A stretch of DNA of 64,000 nt from Cyanobacteria bacterium P01_A01_bin.123. Lineage in GTDB: Bacteria > Cyanobacteriota > Cyanobacteriia > Phormidesmidales > Phormidesmidaceae. Below the pieces are notes generated by a model. It was not told the origin of the DNA and did not search any database. It saw nothing but the letters and a program-made list of their open reading frames with translations. Below are positions 1 through 10,157 of this stretch, in pieces; the stretch's first letter is position 1; each line of letters starts with the position of its first letter. Where the stretch lies: contig JBCBZT010000038.1 of NCBI GenBank assembly GCA_039815185.1, forward strand, positions 1 through 64,000, read 5' to 3'. Both the position numbers and the translations under genes were made by a program.

Positions 1-2261
1 CAAGGTCGAGAACCTTGATAACTGATGTCTGATAAGGGTGAAAGTCCCTTCCTCCCGGTAGTGGAGTGACAGCATAGCCCCCAGGTTTGCGACTGGCCAT
101 CAACGCCTGAAGCGGGGTTAAACGGCAGTAACCAAAAGCCTTTCTTTGGAATCCTGTCTAGCAAGCTGTATAAGGATACGCGAGGAATCCACGTGATAAG
201 GGTCGTCAGGCGTGAGCGGTGAAAAGAAGGCTGAAACACCGTAGCCAAAAGGCAAGGATACTGAGGCTGGCATCTTCAAAAGTGACCAGTAACTACCTTC
301 GATAAACCCGGTCCAGAGTGGAGTCCTAAGTACAGCAACCATCGGACATCGGAACGTGGGACCCCCACGCTTCTCTCAAGGGAAGGTCGACCCCTAGAGT
401 AGGTGCCAACCGGATGAAGTATGGGATTGGGATTGTGTAAGAAGCAAACGCTTGGGGTAATGCCCAAGATAAGCCGACGTACACACTGCAACCTGGACGT
501 AGACAATCCTAGTCGAGTGAATAAGTCATGAGTCCGTCTTTTGAGACGAGATATGAATGGAATCAACTGCCCTGGAAGAAGATCCAGGTCAGAGTATTCA
601 AGCTTCAACGGCGGATCTACAGAGCCAGTCAGCAAGGAAACGTCAAATTGGTCCACAGACTCCAACGTCTGCTGCTCAAGTCCTGGTACGGACGTCTGTT
701 AGCAGTACGGCGGGTAACCCAGGACAACCGGGGCAAGAAGACAGCGGGCATTGATGGCATCAAAAACCTCAGACCGGCCCAACGTCTTCAGTTGGCTCAG
801 CAACTGAACCAATACAGAAAACCTCAACCCTTGCGGCGGATGTGGATTCCAAAGCCAGGGAAACAGGAAAAGCGCCCACTGTCCATACCTGTCATGCACG
901 ACAGAGCGGCTCAGGCTTTGGTCAAGCTAGCGCTTGAACCCGAATGGGAAGCCAAGCTAGAGCCCAATGTCTATGGGTTTCGACCAGGACGGTCTTGTCA
1001 CGATGCGATTCAAGCGGTCTTCAAGATCATCAAACAACGCCCCAAATACGTGTTGGAAGGTGACATTGCAGGTTGCTTCAATAACATCTCCCATCTGACC
1101 CTGTTGGAGAAGACTCAAGCCCCGCCGTTCATCCTCCGACAGCTCAGAGGATGGCTCAAATGTGGCGTATTGGATAACGGCTTTCAGGCAACGGAGCGAG
1201 GCACACCCCAAGGTGGGGTCGCCTCGCCGTTGCTAGCTCTGATTGCCCTGCACGGACTGGAAACTCACCTCAAGTCATTAGGCACTTGGAAGCACCCAAT
1301 ATACGCGGTCTTCTATGCCGATGATTTTGTCGTGTTTACCACCCAAGCGTCCGACATCCCACGAGTTAAAACGGCTGTGAGTCAATAGCTTCAGGGAATT
1401 GGGTTAGCACTGCATCCCCAAAAGACAAAAGTCAGCCACACGCTCTATGAGCCCGCTGGCTTTGATTTTCTGGGGTTTTCAGTCAGGCAATATCCAGTTG
1501 GGAAGTACGCTTCCCGTCGAGGGTACAAGACTCTGACCAAGCCCAGCAAAGACAGCATTAAACGGCATCAATTGAGGCTGAAGCAGATTGTAAACAGTCA
1601 CCTTGCAGCGACTCAAGAGCAGCTCATTCGCCGCCTGAATCCAGTGATTATAGGCTGGTGTCAATACTACTCCAAAGTAGTGAGCAAGGGGGCCTTCGCC
1701 TCGCTTTCAGCTCAGTTGTTTGTCCAGCTGATGCGATGGGCAAAACGGAGGCATCCGACTCTGGGCATTCGCCAGATAGTATCGCGCTACTGGCTAGTCA
1801 GACAGGGTGGAGGATGGGTGTTTCAGGCAAAAGAGGGGCAGTCTCTTTAATGTCATAGTGCCATGCCTATCCGCAGACATATCAAGGTCAGAGGGCAACG
1901 CTCTCCTTATGATGGAGACTGGCTGTATTGGGGAACTAGAGGACGGTGCTATCCGAACCTTGCTCCACTCAAAGTCTTTCTCTTGAAACAACAGCGAGGC
2001 AAGTGTTACTACTGTGGACTCAACTTTATGCTGGGTGACCTGATTGAGACCCATCATCTCGATGGCAACCATAGCAATCAGCGTCGCAAGAACCTGGCAG
2101 TGATGCACCGACACTGTCATGACTTGGCACATGCGTCACGACGTTCTCAATGACAGGGTATTCCTGACACGGAACCGGGTTGGAGAGGAGCCGGATGCCT
2201 TGAAAGAGGCAAGTCCGGTTCTGAAGCCGAGCAGGTAGGGCGACCTGCCTGCTTAGGTAAC
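1..2261 (+). mobile_element. Group II intron (IIB/chloroplast-like type), 5' end outside window
   Basis: RT ORF inside. Domain V-like GAGGAGCCGGATGCCTTGAAAGAGGCAAGTCCGGTTCTG (~2186-2223) and domain VI hairpin GCAGGTAGGGCGACCTGCCTGC follow, ending in ...GGTAAC (AY) at 2261. Confidence 0.9.
528..2153 (+). pseudogene. ltrA: Group II intron reverse transcriptase/maturase with HNH endonuclease, two in-frame stops
   Basis: ORFs 528-1388, 1572-1850 and 1863-2153 share one frame. Motifs: RVT_N, GTPQGG, YADD, maturase X (LNPVIIGWCQYY), HNH (CYYC..HH..N..H..CH). Stops are TAG 1386-1388 (VSQ*LQGIGL, expected W) and TAA 1848-1850. Confidence 0.92.
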
Positions 2262-2300
2262 CAAATAAGCACCCATCTAGGGGAGTTATATGCGTTTACC

Positions 2301-2440
2301 ATGGCACCACCCAAACCACCTCGCCTGCTCGATCAAGTCAGAGAAGTTGCTCGACTCAAGCACTTTAGTCTACGGTATCCAACATCTGATAGTCAGTTTG
2401 CTCTACAGTACGGGAATGCGCTTGACGGAAGGGTTGCGCT
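2301..2440 (+). pseudogene. intI: Integron integrase remnant, internally deleted
   Basis: ATG 2301 reads MAPPKPPRLLDQVREVARLKHFSLR (IntI N-terminal SAM-like start). It is fused out of frame to GIQHLIVSLLYSTGMRLTEGLR (tyrosine recombinase box I). Confidence 0.8.
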
Positions 2441-2623
2441 ATTGCTCAGTTAGACCAAAAGAGCCTGCGAAATGTCGGATTGAGCAATCTGGCCAGCGCT
2501 ATAATTCAACTCCCAAACCCAGAGGCAGTTTAACAGGGAGATGAGCTGTAGTAGGTGATCGCCTGCGCTGTGTACCGCTTCACAAAGTCCGTTTTGCCTT
2601 TGTATATTTCCCTTGACCGCTGC

Positions 2624-5600
2624 CTAGACCAGAGGGGTCAGGTAATCTTGCAATGCCTTAACCCCTAGTGTTTCCTGCTGTAAAGATCGGATGGCGGCGG
2701 TGGTGGCTCGGGCAGCGGCAATGGTGGTAATTGTGGGTATTTTGTACCCCAGGGCCGAACGACGGATGTCGCGATCGTCTTCTTGGGCGGTTTCACCGAT
2801 GGGCGTGTTGATAATTAGCTGAATTTGCTGATTTTTAATCCAGTCCATCACATTAGGGCGACCTTCATGGATCTTAAGCACTAGGTCTACGGGAATCTCG
2901 TTGTCCTTTAACACCTTGCGGGTGCCTGCGGTGGCGACTAGCCTGAAGCCCATATCGATTAAGTCTTTGGCTATGGGCACAACGGCGGCTTTATCGCGAT
3001 CGTTCATGGAAATGAAAACAGTACCGGAGAGGGGCAGCTTTTGGTTCGCGGCCAGTTCTGCCTTAGCAAAGGCCCGACCAAAGTCGAGGTCAATGCCCAT
3101 GACTTCACCCGTAGAGCGCATCTCTGGCCCTAAAATCGTGTCCGTGCCGGGGAACTTATCAAAGGGCAATACCGCTTCTTTGACCGCAATATGGCTGGGG
3201 ATAACTTCTTCGGTAACGCCCAATTCGGCTAAGGTTTTGCCCGCCATGACGCGTACCGCCACCTTGGCTAATTGAATCCCTGTGGCCTTGGACACAAAAG
3301 GCACGGTACGAGATGCGCGGGGGTTAGCTTCGATGATGTAAACCTGATCGCCTTGGACGGCGAACTGAATATTCATCAGGCCCACTACCTGGAGTCGCTT
3401 CGCCAGTTTGACCGTCCAGTCACGGATGGTCGCCAGGGCTGTTTCGCCCAGACTGATGCTGGGCAGGGAGCAGGCTGAGTCACCAGAGTGGATACCCGCT
3501 TGCTCAATGTGTTCCATGATGCCACCGATCACAACCTGGCCTGTCTGATCGGCGATCGCGTCGACATCTACCTCAACTGCATTTTCTAAAAACTTGTCGA
3601 TCAAAATCGGGTGGTCGGGCTCCACCTGCACGGCATAGGTCATGTACCGTTCTAGATCGTGATCGGAGTAGACAATTTCCATGGCCCGCCCGCCCAGGAC
3701 GTAGCTGGGGCGGACGACCACAGGATAGCTAACTTTTTGGGCGATCGCGAGGGATTCTTCATAGCTGCGAGCAATGCCATTGGGGGGTTGTAGGATGTCC
3801 AGTTCCCGCAGAATTTGCTCAAACCGCTCCCGATCTTCGGCGGTGTCGATCGAGTCGGGGGAGGTACCCCAAATTTGGAGCTGGCAGTCAGCAGTTTTCA
3901 GATAGTTTTGCAGCGGCACCGCTAGCTTGAGGGGGGTCTGACCGCCAAATTGAATAATGATGCCAACCGGGTCTTCGGCTTCAATGATGTTGAGCACATC
4001 CTCCTTAGTCAGGGGTTCAAAATAGAGGCGATCGCTGGTGTCATAATCTGTCGAAACAGTCTCCGGGTTGGAGTTGACCATGATGGTTTCATAGTCATCG
4101 TCTTGCAGGGCAAAAGACGCATGGCAGCAGCAATAGTCAAACTCAATACCCTGGCCAATGCGGTTGGGGCCACCGCCCAAAATCATGACCTTGGGGCGAT
4201 CGCAGGGCAGCACCTCATTTTCTGATTCGTAGGTGGAGTAGTAGTAAGGGGTATAGGCTTCAAACTCAGCGGCGCAGGTATCTACCGTCTTGTACACCGG
4301 AATCACACCAAGGGACTTACGATAGGCCCGCACTTCGTCTTCATTGGTTTTAGTAGCATAGGCAATTTGGCGATCGCTAAAACCCTGACGCTTGATCGCC
4401 CAAAACTGTTCTTTGGGAATATCCTTCAAGGGCGTGCGTTTGAGGTATTTCTCCATAGCCAGCAAATCGCTGAGCTTATCGAGGAACCACGGGTCGATGC
4501 TGGTCAGCTCAAAAATATCTTCTACGGTTAACCCCAACTGCATGGCATGGCGTAGGGTAAAAATGCGCTCGGGGTTGGGGGTGCGCAGGCTAGCCCGGAC
4601 TTGCGATAGGGTAGGTAACGTTTCGGCGCGATCGCAGCCCCAACCAGCCCGGCCCGTTTCTAAAGATCGCAGCGCCTTTTGGAATGATTCTTGAAACGTG
4701 CGACCAATCGCCATCGCCTCACCCACCGATTTCATTTGGGTGGTCAAAGTCGGCTCCGACCCTGGAAATTTTTCAAAGGTAAAGCGCGGAATCTTAGTCA
4801 CCACATAATCAATGGTGGGTTCAAAGCTGGCCGGGGTCTTTTGGGTAATGTCGTTAGAAATCTCGTTCAGGGTGTAGCCCACCGCTAACTTAGCCGCAAA
4901 TTTAGCGATCGGAAATCCGGTTGCCTTTGATGCCAATGCAGAACTACGAGACACCCTGGGGTTCATCTCAATCACAACCAGTTCGCCCGTGTCTGGGTTA
5001 ATGGCGAACTGAATGTTAGACCCACCCGTTTCGACACCAATTTCACGAATAATCTGGATTGACGCATCCCGAAGCCGCTGGTATTCCTTATCGGTCAAGG
5101 TTTGAGCTGGGGCAACCGTAATCGAATCCCCGGTGTGGACCCCCATCGGATCGAGGTTTTCAATAGAGCAGATGATCACCACGTTGTCAGCTAGATCACG
5201 CATCACCTCTAGCTCATACTCTTTCCAACCGAGCAGAGACTGCTCAATCAAAATTTGAGACACGGGGCTGGCGTCTATCCCTGTTTGGGCCAGCACTTCA
5301 AATTCTTCTTGGTTATAGGCAATCCCCCCGCCCGTGCCGCCCATGGTAAAGGCGGGGCGGCTGATCAGCGGATAGCTGCCAATTTGCACCGCAATTTGCC
5401 GAGCTTCATCCATGGTGTTGGCTAACCCCGACGGACACACGCCCACCCCAATACGCTCCATCGCTTCTTTGAACAGTCTGCGATCTTCCGCCATTTCAAT
5501 CGCAGGCAACTTTGCGCCGATCAGCTCGACATTGTACTGCTCAAGCACACCATTTTTTGCGAGGGCAACCGCCACATTGAGCGCAGTTTGGCCGCCCATG

Positions 5601-5866
5601 GTGGGCAGTAGAGCATCGGGACGCTCCTGGGCAATTACTTTTTCCACTAACTCGGGGGTAAGCGGCTCCACATAAGTGCGGTCTGCTGTTTCCGGGTCGG
5701 TCATAATGGTGGCCGGATTGGAGTTGACCAACACGACTTCATAACCTTCTTCGCGTAGGGCTTTACACGCTTGAGTGCCAGAATAATCAAACTCACAGGC
5801 TTGACCAATAATGATGGGGCCAGAGCCAATCAGCAGAATTTTGTGGATATCGTCGCGGCGGGGCAT
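2624..5866 (-). CDS. carB: Carbamoyl-phosphate synthase large subunit
   Basis: 1080 aa; starts [30 protein letters not shown]; duplicated ATP-grasp domains and C-terminal MGS domain. Confidence 0.99.
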   Translation of the reverse strand: MPRRDDIHKILLIGSGPIIIGQACEFDYSGTQACKALREEGYEVVLVNSNPATIMTDPETADRTYVEPLTPELVEKVIAQERPDALLPTMGGQTALNVAVALAKNGVLEQYNVELIGAKLPAIEMAEDRRLFKEAMERIGVGVCPSGLANTMDEARQIAVQIGSYPLISRPAFTMGGTGGGIAYNQEEFEVLAQTGIDASPVSQILIEQSLLGWKEYELEVMRDLADNVVIICSIENLDPMGVHTGDSITVAPAQTLTDKEYQRLRDASIQIIREIGVETGGSNIQFAINPDTGELVVIEMNPRVSRSSALASKATGFPIAKFAAKLAVGYTLNEISNDITQKTPASFEPTIDYVVTKIPRFTFEKFPGSEPTLTTQMKSVGEAMAIGRTFQESFQKALRSLETGRAGWGCDRAETLPTLSQVRASLRTPNPERIFTLRHAMQLGLTVEDIFELTSIDPWFLDKLSDLLAMEKYLKRTPLKDIPKEQFWAIKRQGFSDRQIAYATKTNEDEVRAYRKSLGVIPVYKTVDTCAAEFEAYTPYYYSTYESENEVLPCDRPKVMILGGGPNRIGQGIEFDYCCCHASFALQDDDYETIMVNSNPETVSTDYDTSDRLYFEPLTKEDVLNIIEAEDPVGIIIQFGGQTPLKLAVPLQNYLKTADCQLQIWGTSPDSIDTAEDRERFEQILRELDILQPPNGIARSYEESLAIAQKVSYPVVVRPSYVLGGRAMEIVYSDHDLERYMTYAVQVEPDHPILIDKFLENAVEVDVDAIADQTGQVVIGGIMEHIEQAGIHSGDSACSLPSISLGETALATIRDWTVKLAKRLQVVGLMNIQFAVQGDQVYIIEANPRASRTVPFVSKATGIQLAKVAVRVMAGKTLAELGVTEEVIPSHIAVKEAVLPFDKFPGTDTILGPEMRSTGEVMGIDLDFGRAFAKAELAANQKLPLSGTVFISMNDRDKAAVVPIAKDLIDMGFRLVATAGTRKVLKDNEIPVDLVLKIHEGRPNVMDWIKNQQIQLIINTPIGETAQEDDRDIRRSALGYKIPTITTIAAARATTAAIRSLQQETLGVKALQDYLTPLV

Positions 5867-5934
5867 AGGGATTCAGCATCCTGAAGGTGGCAAATCCTAA
5901 TTATTGTAAAGGCTTTCCCGACATCTCTGCTGTC

Positions 5935-6117
5935 TGTTCTGGTTCCCTTAATCCGGAAAGTCTGGATAATCAAGACCGACAGCGTCCGCCGTAGCCTGAG
6001 CCACCGCAACTGGTTGTCCCTGTTAGGGTCAGCCTCCGAGTTCGACGAAATGACTCTTCCAACCGACGGAAACGGCTCTGCTTTTCAGGGTCTTCTCTGC
6101 CAATAATATATTTCTCG
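5935..6117 (-). ncRNA. ssrS: Probable 6S RNA (ends approximate)
   Basis: Minus strand folds as a long rod: CTGAAAAGCAGAGCCG/CGGTCTTGATTATCCAG, TCCGTCGGTT/GGCTACGGCGGA, GAGTCATT/GGTGGCTC. Resembles cyanobacterial 6S as recalled; -10-like TAGTAT at ~6124-6129. Confidence 0.7.
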
Positions 6118-6291
6118 GCGTAATACTATTGTCCGCCTAATTTAATCTTGCAAAACAAAATTCAAGCGGTCTAATTAGCCAACTGGGTGAGGACAGACAA
6201 ACTTAGCGTCGGATAAAATTTTACATCGACACTTTTACTAGAGGTGTCAGCCAGATAAGTGCAAGGCAAGTAATTGCTTGGCAAAATAACC

Positions 6292-6600
6292 ATGAACGTA
6301 CGTCTCAAGAGAATCTCTCCCGAAGATCTAGGATTATTTCTGGGAGCAGCCGGATTTGTTGTTGCAGTACCCACCGTGATTTTCGCGTTTGCATTTATTG
6401 GGCCAGGGCGAACTGTTAGCTTAAATGGTTTCGTAAGTCTAACATTCATGGATAGACTAGACCCAATTGGACTGGTTTTGGCATACCCAATTCTTAATGC
6501 CACTGTTGGATTTGTAGCGGGATTGCTCGTGGGTTGGTTTTACAACTTTCTAGCGCGTTTTCGTGGAGGCATTAGAATTAGGTTGAATGAAAGGCTTTGA
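6292..6600 (+). CDS. Small two-TM membrane protein (DUF3566-like)
   Basis: Starts MNVRLKRISP; two hydrophobic helices; C-terminal YNFLARFRGGIRIRL. Confidence 0.6.
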   Translation: MNVRLKRISPEDLGLFLGAAGFVVAVPTVIFAFAFIGPGRTVSLNGFVSLTFMDRLDPIGLVLAYPILNATVGFVAGLLVGWFYNFLARFRGGIRIRLNERL

Positions 6601-6679
6601 TTGTAAGGTTTTATCGATTGTTCAAGAGGGAGCATTTATCCTCATAAATCGTAGCGGGAGGTTCTCACGACCTACCAAT

Positions 6680-6850
6680 GAGCAGCAATGGTGAAATACC
6701 CTTGACTGGCAAAGCCAACCGCTTAACCAACTAGAGATAAACAACCAGTGCATATGCCATTGAATCAGCATAAAGATTGCTGATTTCTCCATCAATTTCT
6801 AAGGATGCCTTAAGCGCAAAGTCAATTTACTGAATGAGTGGTTCGAAGAG
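6680..6850 (-). pseudogene. AraC-family regulator remnant
   Basis: Minus strand reads EPLIQ*IDFALKASLEIDGEISNLYADSMAYALVVYL*, then GFASQGYFT (second HTH) after a deletion. Confidence 0.6.
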
Positions 6851-6907
6851 CAGAGTGAGATGAGGAATTAGTCCGGGGCGATCGCGCCCAAATCAGATTC
6901 ACCCAAT

Positions 6908-7285
6908 TTAATGAGTATGGCAATCCTGTTTTTCGTGGGGTAACCCCTCGGGCAAATTCCCGGCTCGATAGGCTTCAATAGCTTTATCTGGATGAGCCTC
7001 AAGGGTTGTCAACAGCTCTGTATTTCGTTGTTGTAGTCTTCGCCGAACGCCCTCACCCGCAGAAGCCGCGAGAACAATATCGACAAAATGCAGGGGATGA
7101 CGATTACCGTCGCCTCGAACATGCCATTCGTGAAGACACCCCATCTGAGTTAAATCTAATGTCCAAGCGAGGCTCGTTTCTGCTTCATCAGCAACGACAT
7201 ATACCCGCCACTTCAAGGCTCGTCCGGCATGAGGAGCAATGCTGCCCTCGTCTGTTACTGCTACAGCGACCAATTTTTCCGTCAT
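6908..7285 (-). CDS. NifB/NifX (dinitrogenase FeMo-cofactor)-like small protein
   Basis: VAVAVTDEGSIAPHAGRALKWRVY motif, His/Cys-rich tail, GGAGG RBS upstream. Confidence 0.65.
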   Translation of the reverse strand: MTEKLVAVAVTDEGSIAPHAGRALKWRVYVVADEAETSLAWTLDLTQMGCLHEWHVRGDGNRHPLHFVDIVLAASAGEGVRRRLQQRNTELLTTLEAHPDKAIEAYRAGNLPEGLPHEKQDCHTH

Positions 7286-7576
7286 TTGATCAAATCCTCC
7301 CAATCAACACGATGTCATTCAGTCGTTTTGTGATGCTTATAGCGACTGGTAGAGAGGCTACTAAGCTGGGTTTTAGAAGCGCTATGCAAATGGTAAGGGA
7401 TGACAATGGCTAGCTTGCAGATGCTATTAAACCTGTACTCAAACGCCAAAAGTAGCCGACTCATTATTGTTGACAACATCGCTTGGGGCAACGCACAGGT
7501 ATTTTTGCCTGAAACTTGGATGTCAATCTACGAGACCTGCCTAACTCTTGTTTAGTGCAATCGCCAGATCTTTTAA

Positions 7577-7638
7577 GGTGCGTTGCATCGCAAACGCACT
7601 ATGAGATCATCGTGTCGGATCTCATCCAATATCATTTC
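7577..7638 (+). repeat. REP-like repeat, GGTGCGTTGCATCGCAAACGCAC family, with extended tail
   Basis: Core shared with 23562-23589 and the reverse complement of 21248-21271; tail TCGGAT..CAATATCATTTCA shared with the reverse complement of 21212-21240. Confidence 0.75.
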
Positions 7639-7647
7639 AAACACTTG

Positions 7648-8493
7648 CTAAGCTTTGCCAGCACTCCCGAATAACCTAATTTTTTGGGCAACGATCTCTT
7701 GCATTGCACCCGTTGCTGCTTTCTGACACTCTAAGAGATCGCGTTGAGAATCAGCTTTTCCGTACTCTCGCCAAAATTGGAGATATTTTTGTCGGACTTC
7801 GGTGTTGACGTTAAACTTGCACACCCGCAATTCAATTGATCGCTGAATCATCAGGGCAGGTAACCCAGAAGCGCCGTGTAACACTAGAGGGATTTGGAGG
7901 CGCTGACGCACCTTGGCTAGACGCTCGAAATCTAATCGGGGTTCGCTGTAATACTGGCCATGCACATTGCCGATGGTGACTGCAAGAAAATCTACCCCCG
8001 ATGCTGCAACGAACGCCTTGGCTTGGTCGGGGTCAGTCATTTTGGCTTCTTTTTCGGCAACCGTCATGCCATCTTCGGTGCCGCTAATTCTGCCGATTTC
8101 TGCTTCTACAGTCGCCCCCTTGGCATGGGCTAGCGCGGTCATCTCACGGGTAAACGTGAGGTTTTCTGAATAGGAAAATTTAGACCCATCCGCCAAAACC
8201 GATTGAATCCCTGCCTTCAGAGCAGTTTCGATGATATCGGGATCTTCACAATGATCGAGGTGAACTGACATGGGCACGCTGGCTGAGTCTGCGGCTTCTA
8301 GAAAGAGTGCAATTAAGGGAGACCCGCCATACTTGAGGATGTGAGGCAAGATTTGGATGATAGCGGGGCTGTTGTCGGCTTCAGCGGCATTGACCACAGC
8401 TTTAGCGCCTTCGAGATTGTATAAATTGAAAGCACCCACGGCGTAGGAATAGGTTTGAGCTTTCTCTAAAAGCGCTTTAGTAGAAGTCAGCAT
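7648..8493 (-). CDS. Class II fructose/tagatose-bisphosphate aldolase
   Basis: HLDH, VEAEIG, GNVHG, LVLHGASG and KFNVNT motifs. Confidence 0.92.
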   Translation of the reverse strand: MLTSTKALLEKAQTYSYAVGAFNLYNLEGAKAVVNAAEADNSPAIIQILPHILKYGGSPLIALFLEAADSASVPMSVHLDHCEDPDIIETALKAGIQSVLADGSKFSYSENLTFTREMTALAHAKGATVEAEIGRISGTEDGMTVAEKEAKMTDPDQAKAFVAASGVDFLAVTIGNVHGQYYSEPRLDFERLAKVRQRLQIPLVLHGASGLPALMIQRSIELRVCKFNVNTEVRQKYLQFWREYGKADSQRDLLECQKAATGAMQEIVAQKIRLFGSAGKA

Positions 8494-8681
8494 GAATTTG
8501 CAAATGTGCCATTGCACCTGAATCAGACTTTGTGAGGCTGATTATTAGCCTATAGGTACACTTCCCGTCTGTACATGGTGAGGGAGTAGGATGCCCTTAA
8601 GACCTAGTAGCTCTAGCAGGCGTATCCAGGATCCAGACCAGCTCCGTTGCTTGTATCAGGTAAACCACAAAACTATAAGCC

Positions 8682-8750
8682 AGCGATCGCAAATCTCCTG
8701 TAGGTTGGGTTTCCTTCGTAAACCCAACCTACAGGAGATTTGCGATCGCT
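8682..8750. repeat. Perfect 31-bp inverted repeat (REP-type GTAGGTTGGG hairpin bounded by HIP1 sites)
   Basis: AGCGATCGCAAATCTCCTGTAGGTTGGGTTT-ccttcgt-AAACCCAACCTACAGGAGATTTGCGATCGCT. Confidence 0.95.
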
Positions 8751-9032
8751 CTTACTGAGTCTCGCCGGAAACATCGCGAAAGTGATGTTTGGCAACGGCG
8801 CTTTTGGGAACATACCATTCATACAGAGGAGGAATTAGCCTACTATCTCGATTATGTTCATTACAATCCGGTCAAACATGGATTAGTGAGCTGTCCTCAT
8901 CTGTGGCCGCATTCCAGTTTTCGGAAATGGATAGCTGAGGGGCATTATCGACCGGATTGGGCCTGTCGATGTCAAGGGAAGGAAATTGAGTTGGGAGAGG
9001 TTCTGGAAGGATCTGAATATGTTGGCAAATAA
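8751..9032 (+). pseudogene. REP-associated tyrosine transposase (RAYT/TnpA-REP, IS200-like Y1) C-terminal half
   Basis: Not in the ORF track (no start codon). Reads LTESRRKHRESDVWQRRFWEHTIHTEEELAYYLDYVHYNPVKHGLVSCPHLWPHSSF...YVGK*, with the WQxRFWEH, YxxxNPVKHG and WPxSS RAYT motifs. Confidence 0.9.
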
Positions 9033-9053
9033 GGGGGGCTGGTTTGTAGCATG

Positions 9054-9080
9054 AGTGTTGGTGGGCAGTGCCCACCCTAC
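9054..9080 (-). repeat. REP (GTAG + GGTGGGCACTGCCCACC palindrome)
   Basis: Lies 21 bp after the RAYT stop; near-identical copy at 53749-53774. Confidence 0.85.
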
Positions 9081-9159
9081 ATGGCTCTGGACATTACTTG
9101 GAACTATCGTCGTATGTGTAAAAGAAAGTTCGTAATTTCTACTTTGGATATACGAAGCA

Positions 9160-10005
9160 ATGTCGAATCTCCTCGCAAATATGGAAAAAGAGTTTGTTAT
9201 GAGGAGAATAGGATGTAATGATCAAGAGCTTGTAGACAGCATATATTTTTTAGCAAAATTACTGGTGGATTGGAAGTCCTCAAATGATTTATGCTATGCG
9301 GGCTTTCCAGCAAAGCCTATTAATTTCAGCAAAACGCATATTGCTGAATATCTATCTGATGTAAGGTCTTCTAACCAAACAGGAGAATTAGAAGTTTTTT
9401 CACTGTCAGATGCCCCTAATAATCCCAGAGTATTATTACTTCTCTCAGAAGTTTACATACATGGTAATCTTGCTCAAGATATCTATTTTCCCATATGCGA
9501 ATTAGATAATAACGACTCATTATTGGATCCTGATTCTTTTTGTCGTCTGGCACTTCAGGGATGTTCGAAGTTTCAAGCTGATTTTGGTTGGGTAAGAGAT
9601 TATGAACTCTCTTTGTTGTTTGGCCGCTCTAATAGACAATATAATTTTGGTATTTCTAGGACTCCAAGAGAGGAACAACAATATATATTAAAGCCAACTT
9701 TACCTTCAGGTATGCTAGAGGATCCTTTGCCAGAACTCCTATGTATAGATGAATTCAATGATCTTGAGATTCCCAATGGAATCTGGTGGATTAACTATTG
9801 GAATTCTTCTGTATCAGAAAGAATTGGGAAGGCAAAAATATACAACGCACCTTGGGCAAAAATATTTGAACAGGATGATGGAGCTATGTTGTTAATGGCA
9901 ACAGAGGAAATTACAGATATTAGGAATTCAGAGCATATGGCAAGGTTGAGACAAATAGCAGATATAATAGATTTGCGACATATACAAGAAAGCTATCTAA
10001 GCTGA
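9160..10005 (+). CDS. AT-rich hypothetical protein, possibly polymorphic-toxin immunity protein
   Basis: 281-aa ORF. C-terminal GIWWINYWN..IG....APW...DDGAMLLMATEE resembles Imm52/DUF3396-type immunity proteins (inference). Confidence 0.55.
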   Translation: MSNLLANMEKEFVMRRIGCNDQELVDSIYFLAKLLVDWKSSNDLCYAGFPAKPINFSKTHIAEYLSDVRSSNQTGELEVFSLSDAPNNPRVLLLLSEVYIHGNLAQDIYFPICELDNNDSLLDPDSFCRLALQGCSKFQADFGWVRDYELSLLFGRSNRQYNFGISRTPREEQQYILKPTLPSGMLEDPLPELLCIDEFNDLEIPNGIWWINYWNSSVSERIGKAKIYNAPWAKIFEQDDGAMLLMATEEITDIRNSEHMARLRQIADIIDLRHIQESYLS

Positions 10006-10024
10006 AAGTGCGATCGCTCGCTTC

Positions 10025-10046
10025 GTAGGATGCGTTGCGACGCATC
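10025..10046 (+). repeat. REP-like GTAG + GATGCGT-tgcg-ACGCATC hairpin
   Basis: GTAG head plus palindrome, next to HIP1 at 10010-10017. Confidence 0.7.
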
Positions 10047-10157
10047 AATACGTCAAATAGAACTCGTGATTTAAGCAATTTTGGCGATTGCATTATCCAG
10101 TACGATTGCCTGTGAATTTATTCAATTTCGCGAATGATCTAAAAGTTCTGTTGATAT

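Noticed and set aside
528..2153. RT as a retron, DGR or CRISPR-associated RT
   Set aside because: Maturase and HNH domains plus domain V/VI RNA identify a group II intron; no template repeat, msr-msd or cas genes were seen.
2290..2544. 84-aa ORF as a real gene
   Set aside because: Only its middle matches integrase box I; the IntI N-terminus is in another frame.
2901..5675. Plus-strand ORFs within carB (and similar antisense ORFs elsewhere)
   Set aside because: Shadow frames of well-supported genes.
8872..9075. 67-aa minus-strand ORF
   Set aside because: Antisense shadow of the RAYT remnant.
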